From Camelus ferus (taxonomy: Eukaryota), in contig NC_045697.1 in the NCBI RefSeq assembly GCF_009834535.1, positions 27,344,001-27,408,000 on the forward strand: a stretch of DNA of 64,000 nucleotides, read 5' to 3'. The position numbers were made by a program, and so were the translations under genes. This document shows positions 48,346 to 63,019 of this stretch, piece after piece. The notes beneath the pieces are model-generated. The model was given only the letters and a program-made list of their open reading frames with translations. It did not search any database and was not told the DNA's origin. Within the stretch, counting starts at the first letter, position 1, and each line of letters starts with the position of its first letter.

Positions 48346-50784
48346 TAGAAGAGTGATCGTGGTCAATCCAGCCCAGACCTTCTGTTCCCAGGTTAGGACA
48401 CCTGTGCTCTCTCCGCTGCTGTAGGTGACCCGAGGAGTCACCCACATGTGTCAAAACTCAGAGAAGTCTAGGTCTTCAGTGACATTTTTTTGAGAGGATT
48501 TGTGCTGCCTGGAGAAGCAAAGAGTCAGTCTGCTGGGGAAAATGCAGTGATAAAAAATATACGATACTAGGGATGAAGAAAAACTTGACAGTGTGCCAAA
48601 TGAAACCAAACATATGGTGTCTGCCTTGCTCCTGCCGTTTTGTTTTCCACGGAAGCTTTGTGGGGGCAGCAGGGCATAGAGAATGTGCAGGTATTTGTTT
48701 TCTTAGCTGTGGGCTCTGATCTAATTGTCAGACCTGCAAAAAATGCTGAAAATCAACTTCTGACTAGATTTTTGGGAGTAGAACTACTCCACGGTTTTTC
48801 CTCGTGTTTCATGCAAAAGATAATTCTTTGTTGTTAAGAAATCTTTTTTTTTTTTAGGTAACTCCCATCTATGGAATGGGGGGGGTTCTTTTACTTGCCT
48901 CTGTGCCAAGGAACAATTTTAGTCTTGGTCCAATGCCTTTAATTTAAGCATTTCTGATTACATTGTGCATTTACCGATTTCACTAACAATAGAAGCATTC
49001 AGACTTTGTGTATTGTTAAAAAAAAAAAAGAAGAAAAACCCACCTGATATAGATAAAGACTTATTGATTTGAAACCCATTGTATAAGTAAACAGCCTAGT
49101 GAAACTGAAGTTCAGAGGGTTTTTGTGTTGTGAGTATACCTCTGTCAATATGCATGATTTTATGATCCAGTTAAGTTGATTGGATTAGATATTAGATGTA
49201 AATAGTAATGGCAAAACCAAGGAATGTAATCTGAATCTTTATAATGACTTTTATATTATTATTGTAACTGTTGTACGACTGTGATTTATTTGCATTGTTC
49301 ATAGTGAAGTTTTCAAGAATTTAATTACCATTAGGAAATTTTAATGGATGATGTAAGCAGAATAAGTGCAGGCAGAACTTTACTGGAACTTGTAAGCATC
49401 GCGGTGACATCGTATGACCCTTTGTTTTGATCGCTGGTTCATGTTGGTTCACTGTGTCCCAGTCACATGGGGAGACTTACAATGTGGGCTGCACCGGCCC
49501 CTCTGCTCTCACTGTGTCAGGTGGGTGAGGACGGCCTGGGCATGGCTTCTCTTTTTAAACCCACCCAGAGCATTCTGATTGTGGCTCTGATTAGAGACCG
49601 CTGATTTAGATGCCAGGGCGCCCTGAGACACAGTCACCGCTTGGTGGCAGTGTTGCTCCCTGTGTCTTGTTGGCCTTTTTCTAATTCCAGCAGAGTGTAC
49701 TTTTTCTTCCCCCCATGTTTTTGTTTTCGGTCTTGTTTTTGTTACAGTATGTATCTTCTTTCCTCATTTGCTGTGGAGAGCTGCCTTCTGAAATTGAGAT
49801 ATTTTTCTTTATTTTTGTACAAGGTTTTAGGGAGTGGGCAAAATAAGAAAGAAAAAAATAGTTTCCAATTGCCAGAGACATATGGCTTTTTCAGATTGTT
49901 CTTAACTTACTTTCCATATAATTTTGCTTTTCTGTGGTCAGTAAGGACCAGGTTCAAGATAAAATATTGCAAGCCAGGGATGGATTGTTCATGGATTTCA
50001 ATAGTTTGAAGCTACTAGATTTTTCCCCTTGATTGTGCTTCTTGGCACATCATCACAGATGTTGGAGAAGCCACAGTGAATGGCAAGACTCCACCTCAGT
50101 TTGCTGTTTTCGTGCCTGATAACAGTTGTACGTTAGCGTTGATTGAGCCTTTCTTTCCTAGTTTACCACTGGCATTTAAACGGTCAGTCCTTACGCTTCG
50201 TGCAAAGGCTGGGGCTGAGGGTTGATGATGACACAGAGACATCATCTCAATCTCTGCTGCTTGAGGGCTTGGACCCTGGAGGTCCCGGAGTGGGAGGGCC
50301 TGGGTGTGATCCCTGCTTACAGCATCCAGCTGGCAGGGAGTTCCTCCTTAGGGCTCCTCTCACTCCAGAGCCTGTGCCTGGGGCCACAGGATTAAAGTCC
50401 AAAGTGGAAGATCTTAATTTGTCACCTTTGAATTTTAATCTGTAGGCACTAGGGAGCCACTGAAGTGTGTAAAGCAAGGAAATGGTTCGTAGTTTGTAGC
50501 TATTCTCAGGAGGATAGAAACTGTAGACATACCCGAACGTGAAGTAGAACCAGGGCGAGGCAAGCAGCCCTGAATGCAAAGTTTAAAGAGGCACTTGCTT
50601 TTAGATCCCTGCAGGTATGGACCCTGCACTTACATGGCCCTGAGAATGAGCGGCTCCTTACATTTTGCATCCTAGGTGCTGGCTTGCCTCACCCTCCTCC
50701 TGGTTGTGCACGGCCACCCTGCAGCCTGAACAGCACTGCCCGGGAGCTTCAGTTAGCTCTGAGGAGCTGTCCATGGCAGGAAGC

Positions 50785-51290
50785 TTTTGTTTTGTTTGAA
50801 AAAACAGCTTTATTGAGTAATAATTCACATATTACGCAATTCACCCATTTGAAGTATACAGTGTATTTTTCTGTATTTAAAGGGTTGTGGAACCATCACC
50901 ACAATCTAATTTTAAAATACTTTTCCCCCTAGAAAGAAACCCATAGCTGTCACTTCCCCAAACCTCCCTCCCCCTAAACAACCACTAATCATCTTTCTTT
51001 CTCTATAGATCTGCCCATTCTGGACATTTTATATAAAGGGAATCAGGTGATACGTGCTTCTGTGTGTGTGGCTTCTTTCACGGAGCATCATGTTTTCAAG
51101 GTTCATGGTGTCATAGCCTGTGTCAGTGCTCCGTTCCTTTCTATGGTCAGTTAATGGTCCATTGCGTGGACAGACCTCAAATGCAGTCGTTTACCAGTCG
51201 ACGGACGTTTGGGTGGTTGTTGCTACCTCTTGGCCATTATGAATAGCGCTGCTGCAAACCTTCCTGTACAAGTTATGTGTGGTTGTGTGC
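50785..51290 (-). mobile_element. L1 (L1MB-like) 3' fragment
   Basis: aacagctttattgagtaataattcacatat..aattcacccatttgaagtatacag...ctatagatctgcccattctggacatttt...ttggccattatgaatagcgctgct. Confidence 0.85.
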
Positions 51291-51574
51291 TCAGAAGGGG
51301 TTTTAAGGGGGAGTGTGGAACCTCCTCTGGCGGGCTCTGAGTTGTCACCCGTGATTCTGACCACGGGCGTGGTTAGGCCGGGGGTAGGGGGGTGAGCTTC
51401 CCTACTGGTTGGCCTTGTTTGCTTTCCTTCCACTGCAGGCTGAGGGGAATGGTGCAGGGGACCCTGGTGTTGCCCGAGAAGTGCCTGGGAAGACGTGGGG
51501 CGGGGGAGCCCCCTTTCTGGGAGGCAGCCACAGGGCCACGGGTCAGTGGCAGTGGCCTGGGGCTACATTTCTTT

Positions 51575-51755
51575 CAGCTGTTCTCAAACCGCATGCCCAG
51601 AATCCCTTGGAGAACTTGTGGAAATACAGGTTGCTCGTCCTCATCCCTAAAGGTTCTCATTCTGGAGACGGAATTCTTCGTAGAGCCTGAGAATTTGCAA
51701 TTTTTAGGCGTTTCCAGGTGATGCTGCCTTTGCAGATTTGGGGACCACACTTTGA
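51575..51755. mobile_element. MER5A-like DNA transposon
   Basis: cagctgttctcaaac...cagaatcccttggagaacttg...agcctgagaatttgca...ccaggtgatgctg...ggggaccacactttga. Confidence 0.75.
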
Positions 51756-54096
51756 TGTCCTTTGAATATCTCAGGCTGCAGCAGCTGATGGGCAGGAGTA
51801 CATCCTATTCTGATTTAAACTTCAGCCCCCAAACTCCTGAGTGGTTGTTAGTGAAATAAACAGATTGAAAATTAGGAATGTGTTCTATGGCAGATTATGA
51901 AATGGCCAACAAATCCTATTTTCTTTGCAGTAAAACTAACCGAATATTAGTAATAGCTGTCGCAATCGTCCCTACCGCGTACTGAGCACTTGCACCCAGC
52001 TAGGTGATAATTCTCTCCTCAACGCCATGCGTGGGGACTGCCCGTGCTCCTCCCGCGGCACTCAGTTCACACAGCTCCGGTTCACATCAGGTCGGTTCTG
52101 CTCTAAGTCTGGTCTCTTAATCACAGTAATGAGCTGTTGACAGTTTTAGGAATAAATCATCAGGAGTTTTGACTCGTTTAAGTTAGTGTTTGTGTGGCGA
52201 TAAGCTGCGTTAGAGTGAAAGAACAGTTCTTATGTTGGAAGTATTCTAGAATTAAATGTTATTTTTCTTGCTAATACAGCACACGTTTTGGGCATTATTT
52301 ATTGGTGGTTTTAATTTTTTAGAAACAGAATTAGAATCCTCCTAGTTGAATGGTTTCTGTTCATTTCATTTGCTTAAATGAAAAAATGTCCTGTCTCTCC
52401 TGGAGGGGGCGAAGTCGGGCATTCCCACTGGATGCCAGCCGGCGGCCCCAGAGTGACAGCTGCGGGCTCACTCAGCGAGCTCTTGGTTTTGTAAAGTCCT
52501 GAGATCAAGCCAAGGGATGCATTAAACTGCTTTTTAAAATGAATTTTTTTCTAAGTAAATTTGTTTTATCACTTTTATATAAATGAAAATATCTGCAGAA
52601 TGACTACTAATAAGATTTTAAGCATCATTTACTAAAGTAGGAACACCATAATTATGATCTTACATAACTTTGCATTTTATACTTGAGAGACTAATGAGTT
52701 TTCTACACAAAGTTCAAGTGTTGGGCTTCATTTCCTATCCAGGTGTGTTAGCTTGAGAACTTTCGATTAAGGACAGGTCTAATGATGAGAGGTTATATCT
52801 CCACCTGTGTGATTCCATTTTTGAAATTGTTTTTTGCAGAAGCATCTTTACCCAACAGTTACCAAGGGGAAGTTTTTCTTTTTCCTGCCAAGGGTTGTGC
52901 TGGGGGTGGGGTATAGGAACAGTTGGCTTTTTCATCCCTACAAGGCTTCAACTTGTGGGGCTTAGATTAGAGGCCATAGGCTGGGATACCTGCCTTGACA
53001 AAGGGGTATTTCTTGTCTCTCTCTGCAAAACGGCTGGTGTGGTTTGAGTTCATCATTCTCCCTCAGAGAATTCTCCCATTGATTCAATGCACCACATGCT
53101 GGAAGTTTTCTTCCACTGTTCCTGCCGCTGCGGTCTCAGCCACACTTGGTACATGCCCCGGCGTGGAGCAGGCTACGTACCCTTAGACCAGATGTTCTGC
53201 CAGCACACAGCGAAGTTGCAGGCTTTCCTCTCCCTTGCCCAAGTTCCTTTGCTCCACCAGTTCCACCTTCCTCAGCCCCTCACTTCCAGGTACCAAATTT
53301 GACATCATCTAGAGATTTGTATCTGACTGACTGTACTAGAAATCGTGCTGGCTGATGTAATCAGAGAGGGATTAATCTTTCTCACGGACAAGAAGTCCGG
53401 AGGATGGCAGGGCAGGGCTGTTCTCTGATGCATGACGTTCCCAGGGAGCGGAGGTACTTCCTACTTTTCCTGTTTCTTCCTCTTGAATGCCTCCTAGTCA
53501 CAGCGTAGCTGTACCACCTCCAGCTTCCCCACCAGCTCCGAGCAGAATGAAGGAGGAAGCAACAAGGGGGAAAGGGTGACCCCTCTATACCGAGAGAGCA
53601 AACTTTTGCAGAAGCCCATGGTCCAGTTCTGCATGTGTCTTGATGTCTGGAACTCTGGCATCTGGTCACTCTTTGCTACAGGGCGGCTGAGCTATGATGG
53701 TACTTGGCTGAGCGTGGGGCCACTGTGTAGGATGCACGTGGTTGCGAGGATGAAGGGGAAGCGTGTGAGGGCTGGGAACCTGGGTGTGGGCTGGGCACCC
53801 AGGGCCACAGACTTGCCCCGGCCGTGTCCCTCCACTCCCGCTGTGCTGTGTGTCTTCTTGCAGCCGGGATTTTGCATAGATGCCTTCCTTTGCCCAGAAA
53901 GCTCCTCATGCTACTTCTCTCCCCTCTTCACCCAGCCCTCCACCCTTGAGCACCTCGGACTTCTCATGTCGCCGTTTCTTCTTTTCTCGGGTGTGGTCTG
54001 CTTCTCTACCCCTGATGCTCCTTAAGGTTTCTGTCTGTCCCTCTTAGAGAGCGGCTTGCTTTGTCTCACCGTTGTTTTCCCCCGAGCTTTAGATCT

Positions 54097-54230
54097 GGGC
54101 TGTCCAGTACAGTGGCCACTAGCTCCACACAGCTGATTAAACACAAATGGAAAAGTTCCGGAGCAGAGCCTCATTTCAGCTGTTCGAGAACCACGTGTGG
54201 CTGGTGGCTACGGCATTGGAGAGCATGGCC
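54097..54230. mobile_element. MER3/MER33-like hAT element
   Basis: gggctgtccagtacagtggccactagc ... ccacgtgtggctggtggctacggcattggagagca (inverted termini). Confidence 0.7.
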
Positions 54231-54776
54231 CTGGGACATTGCCCTCCTTTGAATTCTCCCGAATATGCTGCTCTTGGCAGTGACCTCTTCGGGATCTCCC
54301 TTCCACTGACTCCTCTGAACCACAAGAGATGCACCTGCTGTGTTCCCTGCTAACTGAAGTGTTGACCTTGGGCAGAGGCAAGATACTCGACAGCCCACAC
54401 GGCTTCCAGAATGATCCTTACTGGATATGTAGGAGAGTCCATTGCTTTCAAGGAATCCAAGGAAGTGGGAACTTTGAAAAGTGTCTGTTCCAAATTCCTT
54501 GTTTTATAGATGAAGAAACGGGTTCAGTGAGGGAAAGGGACCCACTTAAGGTAAAACAGGCAGTCAGTGGTAGAACGGACTAGAATCATGGTTCTCTTTC
54601 CATTAAACCAGGCCTGATTATCACCAACCTATTTGTTTTCCCTGATTCTGTTCTCTTCTTGCTTATTCAGTTTCCAGCTTCTTGAGAGGAAGTTGTTTGG
54701 AGCTCTTAGCTGTCCTTGAATGCCTGCTACTTATAGGCAGTGCTGAGAACGCTCAGGAAACAGATGAGTGTAAGCC

Positions 54777-55200
54777 TGTCTTAGTCAGTGATCATTTAGT
54801 TGCAAAAATCAGAAGATGACTTAAGTGAGCTTAATCAGTAGGAGGCTTGCAAAAATCAAGATAAGCACAAGGGCCAGGAACTAGGTTGTCAGGAACCAAG
54901 GAAGTCTCTCTGATTCCATCCTCTTTGGGGTCATGTAATTTTTCCTCCTTTTTTCTTCTGGCCTCTTTTTCATTCTACATGCTAGCTTTCCCAGCTTGCT
55001 TCCCACTGTATACAGTTAGCCAGCTCCCTAATCTGTATGGCCTCTTAGCTCCAGAGGCATCCAGTTACCGGGTACCAATCCAGATACTGGGGAGCTGACT
55101 GGCCCGACTCATTGTAGCTCACCGTGGGAGGGATGGGAGAACTGTGGTACCAGCATGGCAGTGGGATCCACTCAAGATACCATCTGGGCTGTGGGGAGGA
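54777..55200. mobile_element. Old MaLR (MLT1-type) LTR, degraded
   Basis: tgtcttagtcagtg..tttagttgcaaaaatcagaa terminus; remainder highly diverged; boundaries approximate. Confidence 0.45.
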
Positions 55201-56647
55201 GAGGAGCAGGGCCACTGCTGGGAGGAGGGAGCTCTGCCTCCGGCCACCACACGTCAGTGTCTTCTTGTTAATTACGCTACTTAGCAACCAAAGGCAGAAC
55301 CAGAACAGTGAAAGTCACCAGGGCTCACTAGCTTTTTAGCAATTCATGTTTATCCCAAAGTAGGTGAAATTATGTGGGTAAATATATAAACTTATTACCA
55401 GAAGTACTTGGGGAGAAGTTGAGTGACCTTCCGTCAAAGATTGCTCTGCCGGGAATGAATTTTGATTGATACGTTTACACAGAAATAAAAATGGGATTCT
55501 TAGAGCAAATAGTTGTCATGGGGCTCAGCAGCCAGAGGTGGTGAAGGTCCCTGGAGGAGGAAAGGCTGGCGAGCCGTGGCGGGGCTCAGCGTGGACCTTA
55601 GACACACGCGTGTGCGGCGAGCCCTCTCACACACCTGCTCCCGCTTTGGTCTTGCCTAGCCACTGCAGGCACTGAGGGCCCATTTTCAAAGCTCTGTCTC
55701 AGCTCCTGTGGCAGGGGCACTGTCTAGTTATGGTTCTGTGACCTGGCACAGGGTTTGGTTCATAGATGGTGCTTGGTTTCTGTTGGATACAGGGATATAT
55801 GGTTTTGGAATATTAACCAAATATGGGTATTATTAACTACTCAGATTATACTTTGGGGGAAAAAAGCATATTCATGGAAAAAATACAAAGAAAACATACA
55901 TTCTGCAGAAGTTTCGAGATGTTGTAGCGATAGGTGATGTTTCCCCCTTTTCTCTTTTTCAGTTTTCTCATGTAGTAATATCTTGAAGTGGGAAAAATTC
56001 ATTTTTAATTAAGAAACATTTGAAATATATTTGGTCATGTGGAGGATTAAAATGGAAGCACGTTTCTGTCACAAATCATGATGGTAGCAAGTATTCAGAT
56101 TTATTGGAAATGGACCTAATTATAAAGATCACTTCTTTTGTGGGCCTGAACTACAGATGATCATTTGGCAATCCCTCCCCCCTTTCTTCTAAGAAATGAT
56201 TAAACTTGGCATGACCAATAATATGAGTTGAGAAAATGACAGCCTTCATTTGCAGAAATCAAGCCTAAAAGTTAGAGATACATGGCCTTCATTTGAAGGG
56301 TTTTTCTTCATCTTGGCCCTCCCACCACTGCTGTTCCTTTTCTCAGAAGCCTTTGTTCCCAAGGGCCACTTCCTGCCTGCTCACACACCCCGAGAAAGAG
56401 CCCCAGGTGTCCCAAAGCACTTTGTTGCTTAATGCTTATTGAGATTCCAGATTTCTATGGTTCTAGAAGAAATAAAATTTCAGGATGTTATGTTCATAGT
56501 TTCAGAGAATAGTTTGGGAATTGATTTTTTTTTTAAGTTAAATGAAGAAATATAAAAGCCCATGGAACCTTTTTCTCTATTTCTGGTAGCTTGAAAGATA
56601 TGTTCCATCTTCTCTGACTGCTCCTTCCATACAGCTAAACACCCCCC

Positions 56648-56764
56648 TTTTTTTTAAGTATAGTCAGTTACGATATGTCAACCTCTGGTGTACAGCATAA
56701 TGTTTTAGTCATGCATATATATATACGTGTGTGTGTGTGTATTTGTTTTCATATTCTTTTTCAT
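56648..56764 (-). mobile_element. Short L1 3' end with (TA)/(TG) microsatellite
   Basis: T-run, aagtatagtcagttac...tctggtgtacagcataatg...tttcatattctttttcat; flanking taaacac duplication. Confidence 0.7.
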
Positions 56765-58084
56765 AAACACTTTTTTAAAAAAATTGTAATTGATAGGTTA
56801 GTACAAATCAGTGTGTTCTGTTTCTAAAACAACATAGTTTGTTGAAGTTCAAGCTCTGCGCTTGAAGTCATTTTAAGTTTCCTGATAATACGATTTTTTT
56901 CTTTTTGAAGAATTAATGTCAGTGATGTGAAAAAAGCAAACATACCATGGTGTCTGTCATGACCAGGGTCATCCCCTCACCCAGATGCCTCAGTGGCTTT
57001 TCGCCTTTGGTCACTCGTATTACTGTCAACTCCAGTCCTCTGCCACAGTCCCTGGCTCTCCTGCTCTCAGCCTCCCATGGCTCCTTTGGTTGTGATCTGT
57101 AACCATCCTACCAGCTGTGGGTCAGAAATGGTTTCAGTATCATCCTTCCGCTCCTCCATTCCTTCTGGAGTGGTATAGTTCTGTCTCCATCGTCTGTGGC
57201 ATGTGTGTCTGCACTGGTTTTTGTCCGAGACTAGACTCCTGGCTGGTAGGATAAAAGGGCTCTTTTGTTCACTTAAATACTTATCTTTAATACTCCTCTT
57301 ATGGTATCCTGAGTCTGTGGAGCTCAGTAGGGTCTCCTTGATATTGTTGGTAGCTTAGATTATTTGGAGCTTTTCATGTTAGGAAGAAAAGGCATGCTGA
57401 ATGCAATGCCTCATTTTACACGTGAGAAGACTGGGGCTCAAAGATCATAATGCCCACAGGAGCTGTCCTCTGCATTGTGTTCAGGAATAGTGTCCCAGGG
57501 CAGCACCCCGGCTTGGCTAACCACAGAGCATCCTGGTTAGACCCCTGGAGGCAGGTGGGTCTGGGCTGTGGGGTGCCATGTTGCTTCCCACCTCTAGGTC
57601 TTCAGCCTGCTACCTCACCCTATTCTTCCATTGTAAGAGGGGTGAGCTGTAACTGTCTCCTTCCAGGAGAGGCAGTATTGCATAATGTGTGGGAGCTTGG
57701 GCCTAAATGAGGCAAAAGTGCATGCCCTCAGAAACCCTCCCTGGCTCTGGGAGAGACACAGGGCTTGGGAATGTTCTGATTTCATGTTTTGAATTTTAGT
57801 GACCTTTGGGAGGATATCCTGGACTCTCAGATCTTCATTTATAGCAAGACTCCTTCCTTATGCACCCGCCTTTTCTGAGTTTGCCAGAGTTTTAAAAATG
57901 GGCTCTGTGGTCCTTTGTTTTCTTGAGGTGTCATGAGGCAGCATAAAGTGAAACTTAGTGCTAGCCGATGACGCCTATTGTGATGAATGGCCGCTTGCGG
58001 GGGAAAAGGTCATGTGTCATTTCAGAGAGAAGAGAACTGGAGGCTCAGTGTAGCATCCTGGTTAGGACTATGGATTTTTGAAAA

Positions 58085-58960
58085 TTTTTTATTTTTGTGT
58101 TAAAAAAACATGTAACATAAAATTTACCATCTTAACCATTTTTAAGTGTGGAGTTCAATAGTGTTAAGTGTGTTCACACTGTTGTGTAATGAGTGCTGAA
58201 CTTTGCAATCTTGCAAACCCCAAATTCTATACCCGTTAAACAGTAATTCTCCGTCCCCTTTCTCACCCTGCAGCGCCTGCCAACAACCATTCTACTTTCT
58301 GTCTCTGGGAGTTTGACTCTTTAGTTACCTCATTTAAGTCGAATAGCACAGTATTTGTCCTCCTGTGACTGGTGTATTTCACTTAGCATAGTGTCCTCCA
58401 GGTTCATCCATGTTATAGCAAATGACAGGATTTCTTTCCTTTTTAAGTCTGAACAATATTCCACCATATATAGTACATTTAGTTTAACCATTCATCTTTT
58501 GATAGCTGTTTAGGTTGTTTCTGTCTCCCGGCTGTTGTGAATAATGATGCAGTGAACATGAGTGTGCAAATATCTTTCCAAGATCCTGCTTTCAATTCTT
58601 TTACATATGTACTTAGAAATGGAGTTACTGGATCCTATGGTGGTTCTGTTTTTGACTTTTTTGAGGAAGTGCCATACTGTTTTCCATAGCAGATGCACCG
58701 TTTTACATTCCTGCCAGTGGTGCGCCAGGAGTTCCAGTTTCTCCACGTCCTCACCAACACTTGTGTTTTGTGTTTCCTTGAAGTGGAAGTCCTCATGGGT
58801 GCTAAGTGATATCTCATTGTGGTTTTGATTTGCTTTTCTCTAATGATTAGTGACGCTGAGCATCTTTTCATTTGCTTTTTGGCTTTTTGTATATCATGTC
58901 TGGAGAAATGTCTATTCAAATCCTTTACCCATTTTAATATCAAGTTGTTTGGTTTTGTTT
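58085..58960 (-). mobile_element. L1 (L1MA/L1MB-like) 3' fragment with frameshifted ORF2 C-terminal remnants
   Basis: ORFs 58635..58943(-) [44 protein letters not shown] and 58510..58746(-) [22 protein letters not shown] are L1 ORF2-like, followed by L1 3' UTR. Confidence 0.92.
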
Positions 58961-61900
58961 TTGTTGTTAAATTGAAAAGTGTGGGTTTAAAATTAAACTG
59001 GCCTGGGCTTAAATCCTGACTCCTTCATTTATGAGCTGTTTAACAGAGGGCAGTTGCCACAGAACCCTCAGCTCAGAGGAACAGCACCCACCTCACAGAG
59101 TTAGGGGTGTTGGGGCAGCCGGTGAGGAAGCACCCACGATACCCTCCGAGAAAGAGCACCAGCAGTCTGTTCTGAGTAGGATTTTGAAGGAAATGAAAAT
59201 AGCTGCCTTTTCAGTCCCCTCCACAAATGGCAGCCACTATGATTCCACCCTCATTGCCTTCCCTTTTATCATCACTAGGCTTTCAGGACAAGTGAGAGGA
59301 TGTTCTTGGACAGTCAGAAACTCTGGCACAGGGAGGACACTCACGTTGCCAAAAGGAACCTCTCTGGGCGTTCTGGGCTGGTGGTCTGCACAATGGCTTC
59401 AGCTTTTTGACAAAGCGCATATCGTCACCTGAAGTCACAGCCAGAGGAGACCTGGGCCCTCGAGCAGCAGCTTGATGCTCGTGCCCCACCCAGCCCAGGT
59501 GCACACCTGCGGCGACAGGCCCTGCCTCACCCAGCAGCCCTATGCTCTGAATTCAGAAAAACCACGGGCCAGGAGTGCTGACAGATGCAGGGGTCTGGTT
59601 TCCTTTCAGACTCCCTTGATGGGAGTGACAAAAGACCAGGAATCATTGTAAAGAAATTAGTCATAGATGTTTCACTCTTTAAACTGATCCTGGCAAAAGG
59701 TTAGACAGTGCACAGCTTTCAGGATGTCCCAGGGCTAACAAGTGCAATGAGGTGCGACCTGGCCCACTAAGCACACAATCACCAGGCTCTGGAGGGTCGA
59801 TTTCCCCGTGCTGACCTTCCTTGGAATCTAAGGCTCCACTTTTAAGCTGAGTGTGCAGTACTGGTTTTTCTGTGTTGTGCCAGGATGTTTGAAAAAGTGT
59901 CCAAAGGAGAGGCAGATGTTAACTCTTGACCAAGATACTTTGTTTATTCAATCCAAATGGTCAATTCCTCCCCTCTTTGTTTTGTCCTGTGCGCATGTGA
60001 GAACTCCTTACGACTGGAATGGAAGCTCAGCCAGCTGAAATTTGCCACGTTCAGCTGCAGTCAGTTAGGTCGGTTAGAGAATTGCAAAATGTTGCCTCTT
60101 CTAATGAGTTTTTTGGGCAAAGTAAATTGTGAAAATGTTTAAGAAATTTGCTTACCACAAACAGTTTTCAAAGAACATTTGGACTTGACATGTTCACTTT
60201 GTTACATAATTTATAAACATGTAGATTAAATTTACGTGTTTGAAATCTATTGAGGTTCTGCATGAGTGTCAGTGTGCTGACTCTGAAGGGGTGGAAGCTG
60301 TCTCAGTGATCATACAGTTGCTTTCCACTTTCTAGTCAAAAACATCAAAGCCCCGAAACTTTGCTAAAGCTGAAACCCAAGTTTCCCAATTGCCAAGCAG
60401 TCATGGATACCCAGAAAGATTGCCACTTCCCAAGTTGATTTTTTTCAGGATAGGGGCTCTTAAAAGGAAGGCAGTGAGACTGGGGTTTTCCAGGTGGAAA
60501 GGTCACACTTCCACATTTAACCCAATGAGCATTGTGTTGAGTTGGGGGAAAAATTGGATTCACTATTTTAAACTTCTTATTTCATAGTGTGGACTTCCCC
60601 ATCCCCTCTCCCCAGTAAAACACAAAAATATTTCCTAACTTTTAAGTCATAAGCTTCCTTTCATGGATTTCGACCTTAGATCACCTCCAGATAAGCATTG
60701 TGTAATGGGATGGGTGGGGTTAGAGTTTTCAGTCACAGATGCATGAGAGGCAGGGGGAGGGTGGAGAGCAGCCACGCATATCACTGGGGCTTTTCGCAGT
60801 TCCTCCCTCGTCAGTGACCAAGTCAGAGTTCTCATGGGGGACTGTGGTGCACGCAGAGCCCCAGCGGGTTTCCTTGCCGCCTCTGTGGGTCACTTGCACT
60901 GCCTTCGGGTCATCCCTCCCTCTCTCCCTCTGACCTTCCTGCTCGGTCGCATGGTTCTCTCTCACATTCCCCAAGGTCCCCTCTGCCAAGGCCCCTTTAA
61001 AAGACCTCTGCTCCTGGGTCCCAGCTGTTCCCACCGAACGTCTTGCCAGCTCTCCTCTGGGAGCTATGGGACTGTGGTGTGACCCTCTTATTTTTGATTA
61101 TTTCTAGTTGAGTAGCTTCCAGTGCTTCCCTCTGGAGATGAGTCCTAAGTGTGCCCGCCCCGCCGGCCGCTTCATGGGGAACGGGGCCACATGCTGCTGT
61201 CTCGCTCTGTCTCGGCCGTGCCTCAGTGGTTTCGGACCCTGCACCCCCGGTGATGTCTCAAAAGGGTTATGGACTGAGAGACCCGATGCGGTGCTGACAA
61301 AGCCCAGGGTAGAGGATGGAGGGCACGTTTACATGTTCAGGAAAGATCAAGCAGAGGCCATTAATAGCACTTACCTGTGGGAGGTGGGGTTAAGGTAATT
61401 TTTTTCCTTTCGGTTTTTCTTCCCCCATGTTTTCAGTGTCTCTAGTTTCTCTGTAATCTGTTGAAATACTACTTTTTTCATGGCGAAAAAAGCCTAAAAC
61501 CCTCTCCTGAGCCAGAGGGTGAAAAACAGGGCTTCTCTTCTGAAAGTCACTGTTTGTGGTGTTATTTTATCATTGTCCCGGTCACTCGGGCTGGACACCT
61601 GGAGGAGGCCTGCCTCCTCCCTCCGAGTTCGCTCTCCTCCCACAGCCCCTCTGCCATCCCTGCCTCCCCCTCCTCCACGGTCAGCTCCCAGGCCTCCACT
61701 GCCGCCGCCCAGCTGTTCCTTCTGCCTCCCTCGACGGTTTTCTGTGCCCCCGTCTTTATCATCGCATCCTCGAGGGACACTGCTGCTGTTTTCAGTGGAA
61801 GTCCAGAGTTTACGAATAAGATCCAGTCCCTGCCAATGACGGGGTGAGGGAGGTTTATCATGTGCTATTTAATCCATACGCAGATTCTTATGACACTGCG

Positions 61901-63019
61901 GTACGCTGGTTTGAAAGTGGATTTGGTGCTAGATACAGGAGCATGCAGTGTGGTCAGGGAGGCAATAACAAACAGCAAGGGAAGTAAGGGGATGGGCTGC
62001 TGAAAGGGATGCTGCCCAGTTCAGGGCTTGGACTGGAGAGCCATGGCGGCAGCCGGGAGGGCCCTTCGGACCCCGGGGTCTCTGTTACTGTCTTGCACTG
62101 CTGTTTTGTGGCATAAACCTTAATGATTTGGGGGCTACAACTTTATCAGGATAAAATGATGCTTTTCCACCCCAAGCTTCATAAGTATTATTTGAGTACT
62201 AATTAAATACACGAAACCTACCCATCTATATTATAAATGTCTGTGTGATGGAAACGATGTCTTGACTCTTGATTCTTTCATAAGCACCTTAATGCTATGC
62301 TGTCTCATCTTGAGCGTATTTTATCCGATTTTATATTGAAAACCTGTGTTTGCCTCATGTCTTAAGGCTACGGGGGTTGTCTTTTTTTTTTTTTTCTCCA
62401 TCATCTTATGAGTGTTCAAGTTAATTTATTAGGAAGTTGGGCTCGTAAAGGAGGCACTGGCATTGATTGCACTCCGCGGTACCCTGGGGGCTTGGAAGCA
62501 TGTGTTTGCTAAGTGTGTGCCCGGGGAATGCCCTACATTGTGTTGGTTGGAAGAACCATTCCACACCTGCTTCTGCAGCGGGCAGGTCATGTTGTCCTGC
62601 ACTGACAAGGAAGCAGGCGGGCTGAGGAAGCGGGATAAAGGGGAGACGAGGTGACAGTCCACTTCTGAGTCCCAGCCCAGGACCCGGCTTATGAAAGACG
62701 CCACATGGCAGCCCTGGCCAGTCGCCATGTAAATGACAGAGATGGCAGGTTCAGGCAAGTCCCTTGTTCTGGCCTCTGGGTATCTCCTCCCTCTGAAAAA
62801 CAAAAATCTGAATTTTGCCAGTCCATCAGGACTGAAAACACCAGTTTATTCCATGAGGTCACAATAAAACCTTGTTACCTGTGCTTTCAAAACTTCTCCT
62901 TTTTTCTTAACTTAATGACTTCTTTTTTAAGGAAATTTTACAACGGCCTCATAAAACATTAAGTCAGATCTGCTATACTGAAATGGAGTGGAGGGATAAT
63001 TTAGAACCACGTTTGCTCC

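Noticed and set aside
58510..58943. L1 ORF2-like ORFs (also 25612-25875)
   Set aside because: Truncated, frameshifted L1 relics, not an active element or a domesticated gene.
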